Source: Octopus vulgaris (taxonomy: Eukaryota). Taken from it: DNA of 64,000 nucleotides. The position numbers were made by a program, and so were the translations under genes. Below the pieces are notes generated by a model. It was not told the origin of the DNA, did no database searches, and saw only the letters and a program-made list of their open reading frames with translations. The stretch lies in the NCBI GenBank assembly GCA_951406725.2, contig OX597814.1, positions 187,240,001-187,304,000 of the forward strand, written 5' to 3'. Every line of letters starts with the position of its first letter. Within the stretch, counting starts at the first letter, position 1. Shown here piece by piece: positions 14,146 to 28,700 of the stretch.

Positions 14146-15014
14146 TATTAAATGTTATAGGGCCAATAAAATATCCTTAACATGATCGTTACCAGCGTCG
14201 CCTTACTGGCACCTGTGCCGGTAGCATGTGTAAAAAGATTCAAGCGAGGTCATTGCCAGTACCGCCTGACTGGCCCCCGTGCCGGTGGCAAGTAAAAATC
14301 ACCCACTACACTCTCAGAGTGGTTGGCATTAGGAAGGGCATCCAGCTGTAGAAACTCTGCCAGATCAAGATTGGAGTCTGGTGCAGCCATCTGGTTCGCC
14401 AGCCCTCAGTCAAAATCGACTAACCCATGCTAGCATGGAAAATGGACGTTAAACAATGATGATGATGCTGCTGCTGCTGATGATGATGACTAAGGCTGTT
14501 TCAGCAAGCATCACCTTAGAGGGGCCAATAAATCAACATACTAGACATACATAAGCTGTTTATGTACTTGGCTTTGTACCTATGTAGAAAGAAACCTTAG
14601 GATAAGAAATAGTCTGCAACAGCTTAGTGGATGGTGTTTCTTAAAAGTTTCTGATAATTGCCAAATGAATCTTGGACATTTACTTGATATTAGAACAAGA
14701 AGGAAATAAAATAGAATCACTTGGCAAAGTTCTGTGATAACTGAAAATTAGCAAGTAGATAGTTTATAAGGATGACATGGAAAATTCACAGAGAGACTGA
14801 TATAACAATCTAAACACCAGATAATTACTACAGCTGGTTTATCACACAAATATATCTGTGAGTATATCAATCTTCACAAGAGTGAAGTAAGTAGGAGTCT
14901 GATCTTAATAATCCTTATCAGTTAGATTTCCTGTGTTTGGTATAAGGTGGGATGCTTCCAATTATTAAGAAAATGTTCTAGCATTGCTTGTAAAAGTATG
15001 AATAACCGTCTATG

Positions 15015-15272
15015 TTGCAGGTTCGAATCTCAGACTGGGTGATGTGTGTGTTTATGAGCGAAACACCTAAGCTCCATGCGGCTCCGGCAGGAGGTAATGG
15101 TGAACTTCTGCTGACTCTTTTGTCACAACTTTCTCTCATTCTTTCCTCCTGCATCTTGCAGCTCACCTGTGACAAACCGGCGTCCTGTCCAGGTGGGGAA
15201 ACTATATTCCAAGGAAATCGGGAAACTGGCCCTATGAGCCAGGCGTAGCTTGCGAAGGAACAAACAAAAACA
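15015..15272 (+). mobile_element. Probable SINE of another family (5'-truncated)
   Basis: B box GGTTCGAATC, GC-rich body, ACAA-rich tail. Confidence 0.55.
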
Positions 15273-15501
15273 TAACCATATATGTAGTTGGTTAAACAAA
15301 TCTAAGGAAAGCCATTAGTAATAATATGATTAATTAATAGGTGCGGGCATGGCTGTGTGGTATGAAGTTTGCTTCCTAGCCTCATGGTTCTGCGTTCAGT
15401 CCTACTGTGTGGTACCTTGGGCAAGTGTCTTCACTATAGCCTGAGGCTGACTAAAGCCTTATGAGTGAATTTGGTAGACAGAAACTGAAAGAAGCCCATT
15501 G

Positions 15502-15532
<31 letters not shown>

Positions 15533-15679
15533 TTGTGTGTATCTTTTGTATCTCTGTTTGTTCCCCACCACTACTTCACTGCTAGTATTGTTGTGTTTTA
15601 CATTCCCATAACTTAGTGGTTCAGCAAAAGAGACTGAATGAATTAGTACCACATTAAAAAAAGTACTGGGGTCAATTCA

Positions 15680-17252
15680 TCATTATCATCATCATCATCA
15701 TCGTTTAATGTCTGTTTTCCATGCTAGCAGGGGTTGGACGGTTTGATGTGAAGCTGACCAGCTGAGGAACTATCTAGACTCCAATTTTTTGTTGTGGCAT
15801 GGATGCCCTTCAGCTGGATGCCCTTCCTAAAATCAACCACTTAACAAAATGTGCTGGGTGCTTTTTATGTGTCACTGTCACAGGTGCACATCTGTAGCAC
15901 TTGCATAGGTACATTTTATGTGGCACCAGCACTGGTTGAGGACAAGCCTGTATGTATGGAAAACAGTGATTGTACTTAGTTTGACTTGTCTTTTCGAATC
16001 TCCACAACTCCCAGTCCCTTGTAATTTCCTCAATGAAGCTCAGCATCCAAAGATCCTTTCTCACCATTTTGTCCCATATCTTCCTGGGTCCACCCATTCC
16101 ACAGGTTCCTCCACAATTAGAGCTGGTACTTCTTTACGCAGCTGTCCTCATCCATACACATCACATGGTCAAACCAGTGCAGTCGTCTCTCTTGTACACA
16201 ATACCTGATGCCTCTTATACCCAGTTTTTCTCTTAAATCATTTACATTCTATCATGCATGCACACTGACATTACCCATCCAGCAGAGCATGCTGACTTCA
16301 TTTCTTTCAAGCCCTCACAAGTCCTCTGAATTCAAAGCCCATGTTTTACTGCCATGTAACATAGCTGTGTATTCACAGGCATCATACAACCTGCCTTTTG
16401 CTCTGAGAGAAAGGCCCTTATTTACCAACAAAGATAGAAGCTCTCTGAACTTTGCCCAGCCTGTTCTTATTCTAACAGCTACACTTTCAGAAGTTCCTCC
16501 TCCACTGTTAACTTGGTCTCCAAGGTAACAGAAGCTATCTATTACTTTTGATGATCCCTGTAAGCATTTGAGGGAGTCTATTGTCTGCGCACTTTTAGTG
16601 CTTACTGTATCCACACATTTGCCACACACAAAGACTATTTTCTTTGTTAACTTTCTTGTGATACTGCTATACCTCTTATGTGTTCAAAGCTTGCAATGGG
16701 TACAATGTAGGGAGTTTCTACCAACACACTTCTTACATATCGAGCAGGGCCATCTCTCTGAAGAGACTTGTGATTTGTTTGTTTTCCTACTTACAAGGAC
16801 TTTGGTTTTTACTAAATTAACTGTAAGGCCCTTAGATTCCAAGCTTAGCTTCCACACCTGAAATTTCTTCTCTAGGTCAGGTAATGATTCAGCTATAGGA
16901 ACAAAGTCATCTGCATAGAAGAGCTCCCAGGGGCAGCCAGTCTTGAATTCCTCTGTTAAGGCTTGGAGGACTAAGATAAACAAGAGGGGACTGAGAACTG
17001 AACCTTGGTGAACTCCTACCTGTGCACTGAATTCATTGTTATACTCATTGCCAACACTTAATTTACTGGCAGCATCCCTGTACATGGCCTGTACAGCTCT
17101 CACTAACCACTCAGCCATCTCTAGCTTCTGCATTGACCACCAGAAAAGGGAGCAAGGGACTCTGTCAAAGGCTTTCTCCATGTTAACAAAAGCCAGGTAC
17201 AGAGGTTAATTTTGGGCTAAATATTTCTCCTGAAGTTGCTTTACCAGGAATA
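15680..17252 (-). pseudogene. RTE-clade LINE reverse transcriptase remnant (3' part)
   Basis: EKAFDRVP, GVHQGSVLSPLLF, FYADD, FCYLGD motifs; frameshifts and stops. Confidence 0.93.
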
Positions 17253-18664
17253 GAGGGCAATTCCATCATAACTGACACAACATTTACAAGAATTTTTTAA
17301 AACTAGAAATGTTCTGGCATGTCACTTACTGAAATGTAATGACCCATGAATACTTTAACTGCTGTGGCCCATAAATATTGTTACATATGTATTGTAATTC
17401 TATGTTTGAACAAGCTTGTCTTAGAAAGAATAAATACTTGCGTAACTGATGCAACGAAAAAAGATATGATACTTGATTTGATGGTACTTATGCTGGAAAC
17501 CCTATGCCAAAAATTTACCTGTGCAAACAATTTATATATCAAAAGAAACCTGAAGTGGTATGGATGTTATACAGGTTGTCATTTTCAACGCTATTGTTTA
17601 ATACATGCTGTAGAGCCTTTGGTAAAATATAACTGATGCAATAGGCACATGTAACTGATGCAACATTTCCACCCAGAAATGTGTAACAATTAGTATTCCA
17701 TATTTCGCCGCCTTGACTGGCTTCCGTGCTGGTGGCATGTTAAAAGCACCAACCGATCGTGGCCGATGCCAGACTCCCCTGGCACCTGTGCTGGTGGCAC
17801 GTAAAAAGCACCCACTACACTCGCAGAGTGGTTGGTGTTAGGAATTGCATCCAGCTGTAGAAACACTGCCAGATGGTGCAGCCCCTGGCTTCCCAGACCC
17901 CGGTCAAACCGTCCAACTCATGCTAGCGCAGAAAACAGACGTTAAACTATGATGATGATTTTTATTTTAATCAATCAGGAACATAAGAAATTGATCAAAA
18001 GGTAAAAACACACACTATGTATTCAAAATGTGTGCTGCACTTGAACACAAAGTTCTAAATAATGTTTCTTGAAGCTTGTTGTAGCACATGCATAATGTCT
18101 TAGATAATTCTATCTAGACATTTTACATGCATTGCAGGTAACTGTGAGAGCCCTACAATACAGTAAGCTTCTGATCTTAATGTGACTGAAATTTCCATGG
18201 ACACTGCACAAGCAGGGACATGTAATTGAAAATGTAAAGTACTGTGTATAAGAATAAAATTCTCCCTTACAGTATGTCATAATGGTTGCATTGGTTTAAA
18301 GTAATTATTTGTCAGGATTTTGTAAACTAAACTTATAATGCCAAAATGTAACTGACACAACAAATTTTAATGGCCACAGTAAATTCTGTTTTTGCTGACA
18401 AGCAGGATAATCTTCCAAAAGATGGAAAGTTCATTTTTTTCTAGAATGGAACTGGATACCTACCTTTTGTCTTTGCACTCAAATTGCCATCTTCTAGACT
18501 GAATAGATGGCTGTCCTGGTCACATGACAATAATCCTGCAGAAACAGTTTTTTTACTTTTTTGAATCATATTGGCTTATGGGAACACAAAAAATACATAA
18601 ATCATGGTAGCATAGTTTTATTGTAATTTTTGAGTATTTGTCTCCCTTTGTGTTGAATTGCCCC
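17253..18664. mobile_element. ~1.4-kb insertion with short TIRs (GGGCAATTC...GAATTGCCC), a probable non-autonomous DNA transposon
   Basis: Splits the RTE RT reading frame; internal TAACTGAYRCAA motifs. Confidence 0.7.
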
Positions 18665-18858
18665 ATGGCATCAGTCATGCTCCCACCTGGCACAAATCCA
18701 AACTATATCTCATCTATACTAACTCTCTTCCTAATTAATTGAGCTATGACCCTTTTTGTGACTTTTATCCCCTGGTTCAGCAAGTTGATGCCTCTAATTA
18801 TTTCTGTCTAAGGGATCACCTTTATGCTGCTACACCAATCATTGGGTATGACTCCCTC
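18665..18858 (-). pseudogene. Upstream continuation of the same RTE RT (RGINLL...FGFVPGGS.TDA)
   Basis: Manual translation joins to IFLVKQLQEKY at ~17250. Confidence 0.8.
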
Positions 18859-19547
18859 TTGACAATCTGATTAACTATATGGGTGACTAGGCCGGCCAAA
18901 ATCTAATGATTGCAACAAGTAAAAAATAAATGATAATTGAAATACTTACTCTAAATTTTTTTTAATATTTCTGTATTTTAAGTAAAAATTAAATTAATTG
19001 ATTCCTCTGTTACTCTTGTAATATTTTAACTCATAGTATATATATGATGCAGCACAAAGCTTTGTCAGTGAACAGGTTGCGGTCTCAAAGCGACGAAAAT
19101 ATTTTGACAAATTAAATTTAAATATTGCAGTGAATCTAACGGTTTTGTGTGTTTTTTAAATGGCTTATAAACACCTTCTACACTGCAATCGTTATATATA
19201 TATATATATATATATAATATAGGTAGATATTTAGATCATCAAAAATTGCTTTGTTGCAATTGTTAAAGTCTTTGGCCTTATTTTAAGCACCATGAAGCTA
19301 AAGCTGTTTCACCAGATATGCATAGATATGGTATTTGTTGGTAAACATGCAGTGTTTTGCATACCTCAGAACTCCAAGATAGCAGTGTGCCCTTAAGCTG
19401 TCTCATTATCTTGCCATAGTTATATGAGGCTAAAATCAAATGGGATGTCTATGATGCAGTGGTACTTCTTGCATTGCTCTATGCAGTGAAATATTGGACA
19501 CTATACAGGAAACAAACATGAGTTCTTAATAGTCTATGGCTACATTG

Positions 19548-19757
19548 TATGAGCTGGACTGAAAAATTCCTGGCTTTGGGTTAAAGAAAACACAAGAGGA
19601 TCAGTTAATTATGATTTTATTCCACATATTTCCCTCTCAGATTCACAACTGTCTTTCAGGTTTTCTAAGCCCTATAAAAGCACTTAGAAGGTTGGGCCTC
19701 CAATCAGACCTTTTGTGATACCCTTAAAACCAGAAACTTTTCAATTCCACTTCATAC
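19548..19757. mobile_element. Small mariner-like MITE within a decayed + strand LINE fragment; partial copy at ~24005-24092
   Basis: Imperfect TIRs gaaaaattcctggcttt / aaaccagaaactttttc, TA flanks. Confidence 0.55.
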
Positions 19758-20044
19758 ATGGAGCGATAAGATTATGAAAAGCAGTATCCTTAACTAGTGT
19801 GAAATAAGTAGGGTCCAAACCTTCGAGTTATAGCATGGCACTATTGGCTGGTCATGTAAAAATATAAGAAAGAATATCAAAGTAAAGTAAGGTGTGGTGG
19901 TTAATTATAATGAAATACTTATGTATCAGAGCAATGATTTTCTACAGCTCATTCCGGCAAACCATCTTACCCGTTACGATATAAGTAATTTCTTACCTAG
20001 TTGGACTAATGATAAACAGAATAAATTTTTAAGATCTGTTCTTT

Positions 20045-20270
20045 TAATCCTTTAGCATTCAGATTACTCGGTCAAATGTAATGTTTATATATTCACATTG
20101 TTTTAAATTACTCATGCATTCTCTAGTAGCTCTCAGATTTCAGTGATGTGATTGCTTATGTTTAGAATTACAATGTTGGGTAGGTGAGAGGCTTGATATG
20201 GCCAGTTTGAACATAAAACAGGAAGAATATTTGGACCAGATATGGCCAGTTTAAATGCTAAATGGTTAAT
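20045..20270. mobile_element. Second TTAA-flanked MITE family; copy at ~54950-55160
   Basis: ttaatcctttagcatt...aatgctaaatggttaa termini; shared body. Confidence 0.65.
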
Positions 20271-20390
20271 ATGATTATTTCTTTTGACTTGTAACAAATA
20301 CGAATGTTCCTAACGAAAAAAGAAACAAGACTGTGTTGTATGTGTGTGTGTGTGTGTGTAATGAACTTATTGTATACAGTACTCAGTACT

Positions 20391-20720
20391 GGCGCATGAC
20401 TCAGTGGTTAGAGCGTCGAGCTTACGATTGTGAGGTTGTGAGTTCGAATCCTGGACTGGGCTGCATGTTGTGTTCTTGAGCAAGACACTTTATTTCACAT
20501 TGCTCCAGATCACTCAGCTGTAGAAATGAGTTGCGATGTCACAGGTGCCAAGCTGTATCAGCCTTTACCTTTCCCTTGGATAACACTGGTGGCGTGGAGA
20601 GGGGAGGCCGGTATGCATAAGCGACTGCTGATTTTCCATAAACAACTTTGCCCGGACTTGTGCCTTGGAGGGTAACTTTCTAGGTGCAATCCCATTGTCA
20701 GTCATGACCGAAGGGGTCTC
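20391..20720 (+). mobile_element. tRNA-derived CORE-type SINE
   Basis: A box (TGACTCAGTGG), B box (GAGTTCGAATCC), then TCTTGAGCAAGACACTT core. Confidence 0.75.
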
Positions 20721-21453
20721 AGCAACTTAGTGCACTAAAGGACTATTCAGTAGTTCAAGAAAAGCAATATGGTTATAACCAGCAATTTAAGACACGATCT
20801 TGAGTTTGGTTCACCAGGAATTTACATCATATTCTATTGCATGTGCACCTTCAAGTTATTTTGCTTATAAAATCACTTTCTTATTACACTTGGTCCAAAA
20901 CAATTATTAATTTCAAGCTTAAAATAAATACCAGCAACAAACTAATATCAGTGAATATTAATGTTTTTTCACAAAAGAGGTGCAACATGTATTTGATCGG
21001 CAAATATTGTTGGCAGCTGGTTAATTTTTTTAATGACAATCTTGTAAATATAATTTGGATGTGATAGCATTTTTATCTCCAGATATTTAACAAAATGTCT
21101 CCACTGTTCTTACTTAAAGAAACTAATGAGTGGCTGTGTGGTAAGTAGCTTGCTTACCAACCACATGGTTCCGGGTTCAGTTCCACTGCATGGCACCTTG
21201 GGCAAGTGTCTTCTACTATATAGCCTCGGGCCAACCAAAGCCTTATGAGTGGATTTGGTAGACGGAAACTGAAAGAAGCCCGTCGTGTGTATGTATATAT
21301 ATATATATATATAGTAAGGAAAATTTTATATATTTTATCAATTTCTCATTTTATTAAAATTTTCTTTCATTTGAGCATTCTGCATTTTAAAAAAAAATTT
21401 TCCTTACTTATCATTTCTCCACGTGCGGTCAACACAACCCCACCATTTATTGA

Positions 21454-21514
<61 letters not shown>

Positions 21515-22105
21515 ATATGTTTGTCCCCGCAACATCGCTTGGCAGCCGATGCTGGTGTGTTTACGTCCCCGCAACTTAGTGGTTCGGCAAAAAAGACTGA
21601 TAGAATAAGTACTAGGCTTACAAAGAATAAGTCCTGGGGTCGTTTTGCTCAACTAAAGGCAGTGCTCCAGCATTGCCACAGTCAAATGACTGAAACAAGT
21701 AAAAGAGTAACTAGTTTTGAACTAGTATTTCTAACTTAACCCTTTTAACACCAATCCACCTTTTAGTCTATAAACAAGACAACCTAGTTTGAAAGGGTTT
21801 ACATTTAATGAAAAATTATCTAAAATAATTTCAAAAATCTTTTGTTATGTACCTAACACCAGATTCAAAATGAAAAAAATGCTATTTTACTAAATTCCAC
21901 CAAATTCTTATTTTCAAAATCAATTGTAACACATAGAGTATTCAGTATGAGAACATTAGGATATTTTCCTTAGGTTTACACAGAAAATACTTTGTGTTAG
22001 AATGAGAAAACTCTTAGTTTATGTACTTGCATCTTTTGCCTCCTAGACAATATTTACCAGATCATTTAAAATGCTTATTTCAGCTGCTGTTGTTTAGCTC
22101 CAGGT

Positions 22106-22411
22106 TTGATCTCTGACCAAATGAATTCCAGCCACAACCATCTTGCTTTTTTCACTCTCTTAAAAAAAAAGTGTAATTTGAGAGAGATTGAGCCATTCTT
22201 TTGAGCAATTATATATTCTCAAATACTAATCTTAATCTGTGGTCATTTGGCACACTCCTTGATCTCTGACCATATGAATTCCAGCCACAACCATCTTGCT
22301 TTTTTCACTCTCTTTAAAAAAAAATGTAATTTGAGAGAGATTGAGCCATTCTTTTGAGCAATTATATGCTCTCAAATACTAATCTTAATCTGTGGTCATT
22401 TGGCACACCCC
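22106..22411. repeat. Tandem duplication, 2 x ~153 bp
   Basis: Units start at 22106 and 22259 with few differences. Confidence 0.95.
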
Positions 22412-24088
22412 TATTCACCTTGCAATACTGATGGTTATAAATTCCCATCTCAGTGATACTGCTGCTAGAATGATATAGTTACCCCTTTCATTACTGTATT
22501 TATTTTGAGATACTCTGTTTCTTTCAATTACTTTAAATATAACAAAGAATTTAGTAAAATAACTTAGTTATCATTAAGCTAGTGTTAGGAAACATAAATT
22601 GTGACTAAGGTTTGGTGGAAGATTTTAATTCAAAACTTATGATAACAAGACATTTGTACTCAGAGCCGGTTTCAGCTGGGTTGGTAACGAAAGGGTTAAA
22701 GTTCATTTTTTAATATCACTAACTGATAGATTGGTGAGTATGTGAAAATTCTGGTTATGATTCCTAGTATATCTTGTGTTTAAACACCAGAAATTCATAC
22801 ATTCATACAGATATTTAGTAAATGTTTTAAACAGAAGTCCTGATTATATTGCTTAGCCTTAGCCTTAGTGGAAAGCAATTGAATACTTGTTGCAATAAAG
22901 AGGCCTGATGTGAGAGACTAAACCTAGTAAGGTTAGCTCTCAGGTCTCAAACCCTCAGCAAGTTAGGACATGTCTACCCAAGTATGTAAAGCTAATGCTG
23001 ACAGAAAGAGGATGAGAAGAGCACTAAAAAAAAAAGCAGTTTTAGCAAATAATGTACAATGAGGTCACCAAGACACTATGGAAGTCCTGGTTAACTTCAG
23101 CATCTAACCATCTTACCTCTGGATCAAACAGGCTTGGATGAGAGAGTGAAGGCAACAACATGCAACTGTCCCTCACTTAAATTCATCTGCAAGTCATGAC
23201 AATCTTGTTCCTACAACTCAAATCCACTAATGAAGTCCATGGGTCCATCCCATGGATGAACAAGAAGACGAGGAGAAAATGCTCTGTTTGATTATCTGTC
23301 TGGGTGACTACAAGTTGAACTCTTCATAGCTGAATGGTTAGGATCAATTAATAATTAATGCTATTAATGTGAGTAAGGCAGCAAGCTAGTAGAATCATTA
23401 GCATGCCAGGCCTAATGCCTAGTGGCATTTTGTCCATCTTTATATTTAGAGTTCGAATGCCACTGGGGTCAACTTTGCCTTTCATCTTTTTGGGATCAAT
23501 AAAATAAGTACCAGTTGAACACTGGGATTGATCTAATTGACTTAGCCCCCTCCTCCAAAATTACTGGATGTGTGTCAAAATTAGAAAACAATATTATTAA
23601 TGTGAGTAAAGATTAACAACCAGTGTGGAGGATACAAAGGCTAAGAGAACTAAAAGCTGTTCTTAATCAGCCAGATTGATAGGGTTAAGTCACTGGTCCA
23701 TTTTTTGTTACTATCTTAACAGCGTCCTTGGTTATAAGTTGCCAGTGGGTCAATCAATGGTTCACTTCATTGCAAAGTAACAAGCGAGTGTTTGTGCAAC
23801 TTGGATGGATAAATATCATAAGATATTCTTGTTCAATAACATTGGTTGAATTGGCTGTTTTCTCACTGATGCATACATTTTCCCCCAAAATAAACGCACA
23901 TATGTAAATATGTTTATATGTATATACATAACTGGCTTCTGTACAGTTTCCATTTACCAAATTTCATTCATAAAGCATTGCTTAATATGGGGTTTACACT
24001 TGCATAAGCCATGTAAAAGAACTTGGAATGTTGGGCCTCCAACCAGGCCTTTTGCGATATTCTTAAAGCCAGAAACTTTTAGGTATCC

Positions 24089-24122
<34 letters not shown>

Positions 24123-24419
24123 CCTCACAAATACATATATAAATATAATATTCAAAGACTGGAAACATAATTTTAAATTTGCAGTTAATAGCAAAGATTT
24201 CAGCCTCTAATAAATATGATGAAACTCTGCATCTTGTATTTAATACTTTTTCCTCTTTTTTTGCACAAATATTTCTCCCAGCCATTAAACTTATATATAA
24301 ATGTTTTTTCTTTGTTTGATAGTAAGAATGAGTACATAACAACAATACTCAATTTCAGAACAAAATGTATTAAATTAGAAAAGTACTTTATTCACACATA
24401 TCCATCAACAATAATACAA

Positions 24420-25255
24420 GGGTGGGGTGACTATGAAACAGTGATGCAAGAGCTGTGAAATCTTGCATGCATTAATTTCATCTCTTTTTATTAATACTGC
24501 ATCATTTCTTTCAGGGTAAAGTGATATTTGACTGTTCAAAGAAGGCTTCAAAAGTAACTAGATGTGACTTTTCTTGAAAATGCACAAAATCTGGCATTAT
24601 ACTGTTTCAAGTACTAGCAGAAAAATAGTTTAGCTCCTGAAGGCATTCATGATGAAATGGTTGCTACATTAGAGGATGATGCTCCAGCTTTATCAACAGT
24701 GCAAAAGTGGGTAGCTGAATTTAGAAGGGGAATATGACCCAAGGTTTGGACGTCCTGCAACTGCTGTTATCAGGGAAAACATTGATCATGTTCACCACAT
24801 AATAGATGACAGGCAATTGATTTAAATCAAATCACCAATGCTATTATTGTATCCCACGAGAGAGTTGAGAATATTCTGCACAATACACTTGGGCTGGAAA
24901 TGGAGATCTCCAGGTTCAAATTCTTGAATGGCTAATGGTTATTGTGGCTTTTAACTGGTTGATTACCCTCCATATTCTTGTGATTTGGCCCCAACTGACT
25001 ATCATCTATTCCCCAACATGAAAAAACACTTGGCTGGGAACCAGTATCACAGTGATGATGACATCATATCTGCTGTTGGTAATATTATTTTGAGCAATAG
25101 AATGAAGGCTTTTTCACCAATTGGATCCAAGCACTGCAACACCAATGGAAGAAGTATGTGGGTCACAAGGAGGACTATGTTGAAAAATAAACCTCATTTG
25201 GTCATATTCAATGACAGTAACCCAGTCAGCCTATTAACTTTCCTGTTGGCCCTCA
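24420..25255 (+). pseudogene. Decayed, internally deleted mariner transposase
   Basis: APALSTVQKWVAEFRRG, GRP, and YSCDLAPTDYHLFPNMKKHLAG motifs. Confidence 0.85.
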
Positions 25256-25799
25256 CAGGTCTTGTTAAATTTCTTCAACCACATCATTTATTTTTATTCT
25301 ACACTGGCATAAAATAAATCTTTAGTTTCAGCCTAGTAACAGACAAATTTACTGCCAAGAACTTTTCTCCAATTTTTTTAGCAAATTATCTTACAATTTT
25401 TAACTTCTTTCTTTCTCACTACAAATTGGTTAATGCTAACTGCTATGAGCAAATAAAAGTCCAATACAAAATAAAATTTTATATAATTTTTTTGTTTGTT
25501 TTCTTTTTAGTTATATCCTGTTTTACTGCCTACAACCCTTACCGAAGGGAATTAATAACAATTTTTAATGAGTAGAATTGCAGCAGATAATTATTTAAAA
25601 TAAAGCACTTTGCTTAAGGACTCAGGTAATGTATAGAACTCACCAGGACTTAATAAGATAATTCTGTATTACACTGCTAATTTCATGAAGTTGAATTAAA
25701 TTTCCAAGGTTACAATTAACCATTTACACAGTACACATTTTGGTCTTCCAGGTTTGTCATCTCCATCGTTTGAACTCCTAGACCTAATGTACATCAAGG

Positions 25800-28700
25800 A
25801 GTTAAAGCGCAAGCCATATACTAGAGTTGATATAATCAACCCTTTTCAACTAAAATAGCTGGCCTTCTGCCAAAATTCAAACATCATTAGGAGGAGAAAG
25901 AGGAGGAAAGCAGTGGATTGGCAGAACCATTAGAGTGATAGAGGAAAAATGCCTTGTGGTATTTGACACCCAACACCACTGGGAGGTGGCCCTCGAAGTC
26001 GCTGGAAATGGAGATCTCCAGGTTCAAATTCTTGAACGGCTAATGGTTACTGTGCATGACTGTGACTTTTAACTGGTTGATCACCCTCGTGATTTGGCCC
26101 CAAGTTCAAATCTTACCAAGATCAACTCTACTTTCATTCCAAAGGAATTGATAGAATCAAGTACCAGTTTAGTACTGATCTAAATAGTTGGCCTTGTGCC
26201 TACATTAGAAGAAATTATTACGTTGGTGAATTGGTAGAACTATTATTAAATTGTCAGAAAAAAAAATGACTAGCAGTCTTTCTTGGGGGTTGATTGAGTA
26301 CCAGTCAAGTATTAACTAATTTCCACCTTTCAAAATTACTAACCTTGTGCCTAAATTAGAAAGAATTATTAGAAATGGCAATAGCAAGCTGGTAGACTCA
26401 TTAGTACATCAGAAAAAATACTTTGCAGTATTTGTTCTCACCCTTTATGTAGTCAGTTCAAATCACACTATGATCAGCTTTGTCTTTCATTCTTCCGGGG
26501 GTGGCTAAAAGTACCAGTGGGGTCAGTGATATCAACCTTCCCCTCCCATCAAAATTGTTGGTCTTGTGCCTAAATTAGAAGGAATTATTATTGGGGGAAG
26601 AGTTGATTACATTGACTCTAGTATTTGACTGGTACTTATTTTATCAATCTCAAACGGATGAGAGGTTGACTTTTAGACATTTGAGCACTGGGATTCATGT
26701 AATTGACTAGGTGCTCCTCTAAAACAATTTCAGGCCTTGTTCCTATAGTAGAAAGGATTATTATTATTATTATTATTATTATTATAAGGTTGGTGGATTG
26801 GCAGATCATAAGTGCATCAGAAAAATTCCTCCTGGTATTTCCTGCTAATTTTTAATGTTCTAAGTTTAAATCCCATCAAAGTCAACTAAAGTTTTATCTT
26901 TCCAGTACTGAGGAAGACAGAAGTTGATGGTACCAACTAACCTCCACCCTTAAATTTCAGGCCTTGTGCTAAGTTCATAAATAATAATAATGATGGTCAC
27001 TCCTGTTGATTTCAACGTATGAGTGCTTGAAGGAGGATTTTAAAAAAAGAAAAAAACTTTAAAACTAAAAGTAACTGCATGAATGTAATTTGAGTGCAGG
27101 CATGGATTTTGCTATGAAGTCACAATGAGGACACACACACATAATTTTAATTTTACCTGGGATTGGGCAAATGTGCCTGCTGATTGCAGGATAATTTTTT
27201 TATTGTTCTGTTTCTTCAGCTCAAATCTTGATGCATCATGACACGTGTTACACCATGCTGATTGATCTAGACAATAACTTTCTCAAGATGTCAAATTAAG
27301 TTGTAGAGATTTTAGTTATTGCTTCTAATTGTCCTTATATTTAAGTACAGGTTTTCCTTTTCTGTTGTATCCTTCTATTTGTTAGCCATAAAAATTTTTT
27401 TCCAGAATGCAATCATCTTTTCATTCAAATATGTCCTAACCATCTGCACTGAATTCTCAGCAGCATGCATTTGATACTGGAGATATCACATTTTCCTAAG
27501 ATTCTGACATTTGATATCTTATCTTGCCATTTTATATTGTAGATATTGCAGACAACCATGTGCAAGTTTCAAGTTTTTTTTTATGTTTGTAATAGGGAGT
27601 CCATGCTTGTGCTCCATCTGAAAGTGTGCTTGTATACACTTTGATTTGTATACACTTATTTTAGTTTAGACTGACACACTGTTCATCCCACAAACAATGG
27701 GAAAGTTTTCCAAAAGCACTTTGTAGCCTTAGTTATTCTAACACTGATTTCGTCATCAAGAATACTCTTAAAGTTTACTGTACTTCCAAGACATTTAAAT
27801 GACCTGACCCATTTTAATAATATTCAAATAAAGGGCAGTGGACTGACAGAACAAGTTAAGCACAAGAGGAAAATTTTCTAGAAGTATTTAGTCTGTTATT
27901 CACTTATTGTGAGTTCAAATCCAACCAAGATTGATTTTACCTTTCATCCCTCCATAAATTGATGTAATTGACAAGACTCCTCACACTAAATGGAAGTTGT
28001 TAGCACGTTGGGCAAAACTGCTTAGCAGTATTTCTTCTGGTATTTTACTTTGAGCTCAACTTTGCCTTTCATCTTTTCAGGATCAACCCTTTCCTTACCA
28101 ACCCGACTCTGCCTCTGAGTACAAATGTCTTGTTTTCATAAGTTTTGAATTAAAATCTTCCACTGAACTTAAGTCACAATTTATGTTCCTAACACTAACT
28201 GAATGATAACTAAGTTATTTTACTAAATTCATCAACGTCATCGTTTAACGTCCACTTTCCATGCTAGCATGGGTTGGACGATTTTGACTGAGGGCTGGCA
28301 AACCAGATGGCTGCACCAGGCTCCAATCTTGATCTGGCAGTTTCTACAGCTGGATGCCCTTCCTAACACCAATCACTCTGAGTGTAGTGAGTGCTTTTTA
28401 CATGCTACTGGCATGGGAGCCAGACAGGCGGTACTGGCAATGACCTCGCTTGAATCTTTTTACACATGCCACCGGTACAGGTGCCTTAAAGCAACTGAAA
28501 GAAACACAGAGCATCTCAAAATAAATACAGTAACGAAAGGGTTAAGCATCAGAATTTGAAGATTTATCAGAAGATTGTGAGCTGGCAAAATCATTAGCAC
28601 ACCAGACAAAATGCTTCATAGCATTTATTCTGAATTGAAATTCTGCTGAGGTTGACTTTGCCTTTCATTCTTTCAGGGTTGATAAAATAAGTACCAGTCA

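Noticed and set aside
20391-20462. tRNA gene
   Set aside because: A and B boxes are present, but the acceptor stem does not close and the sequence runs into a CORE-type SINE body
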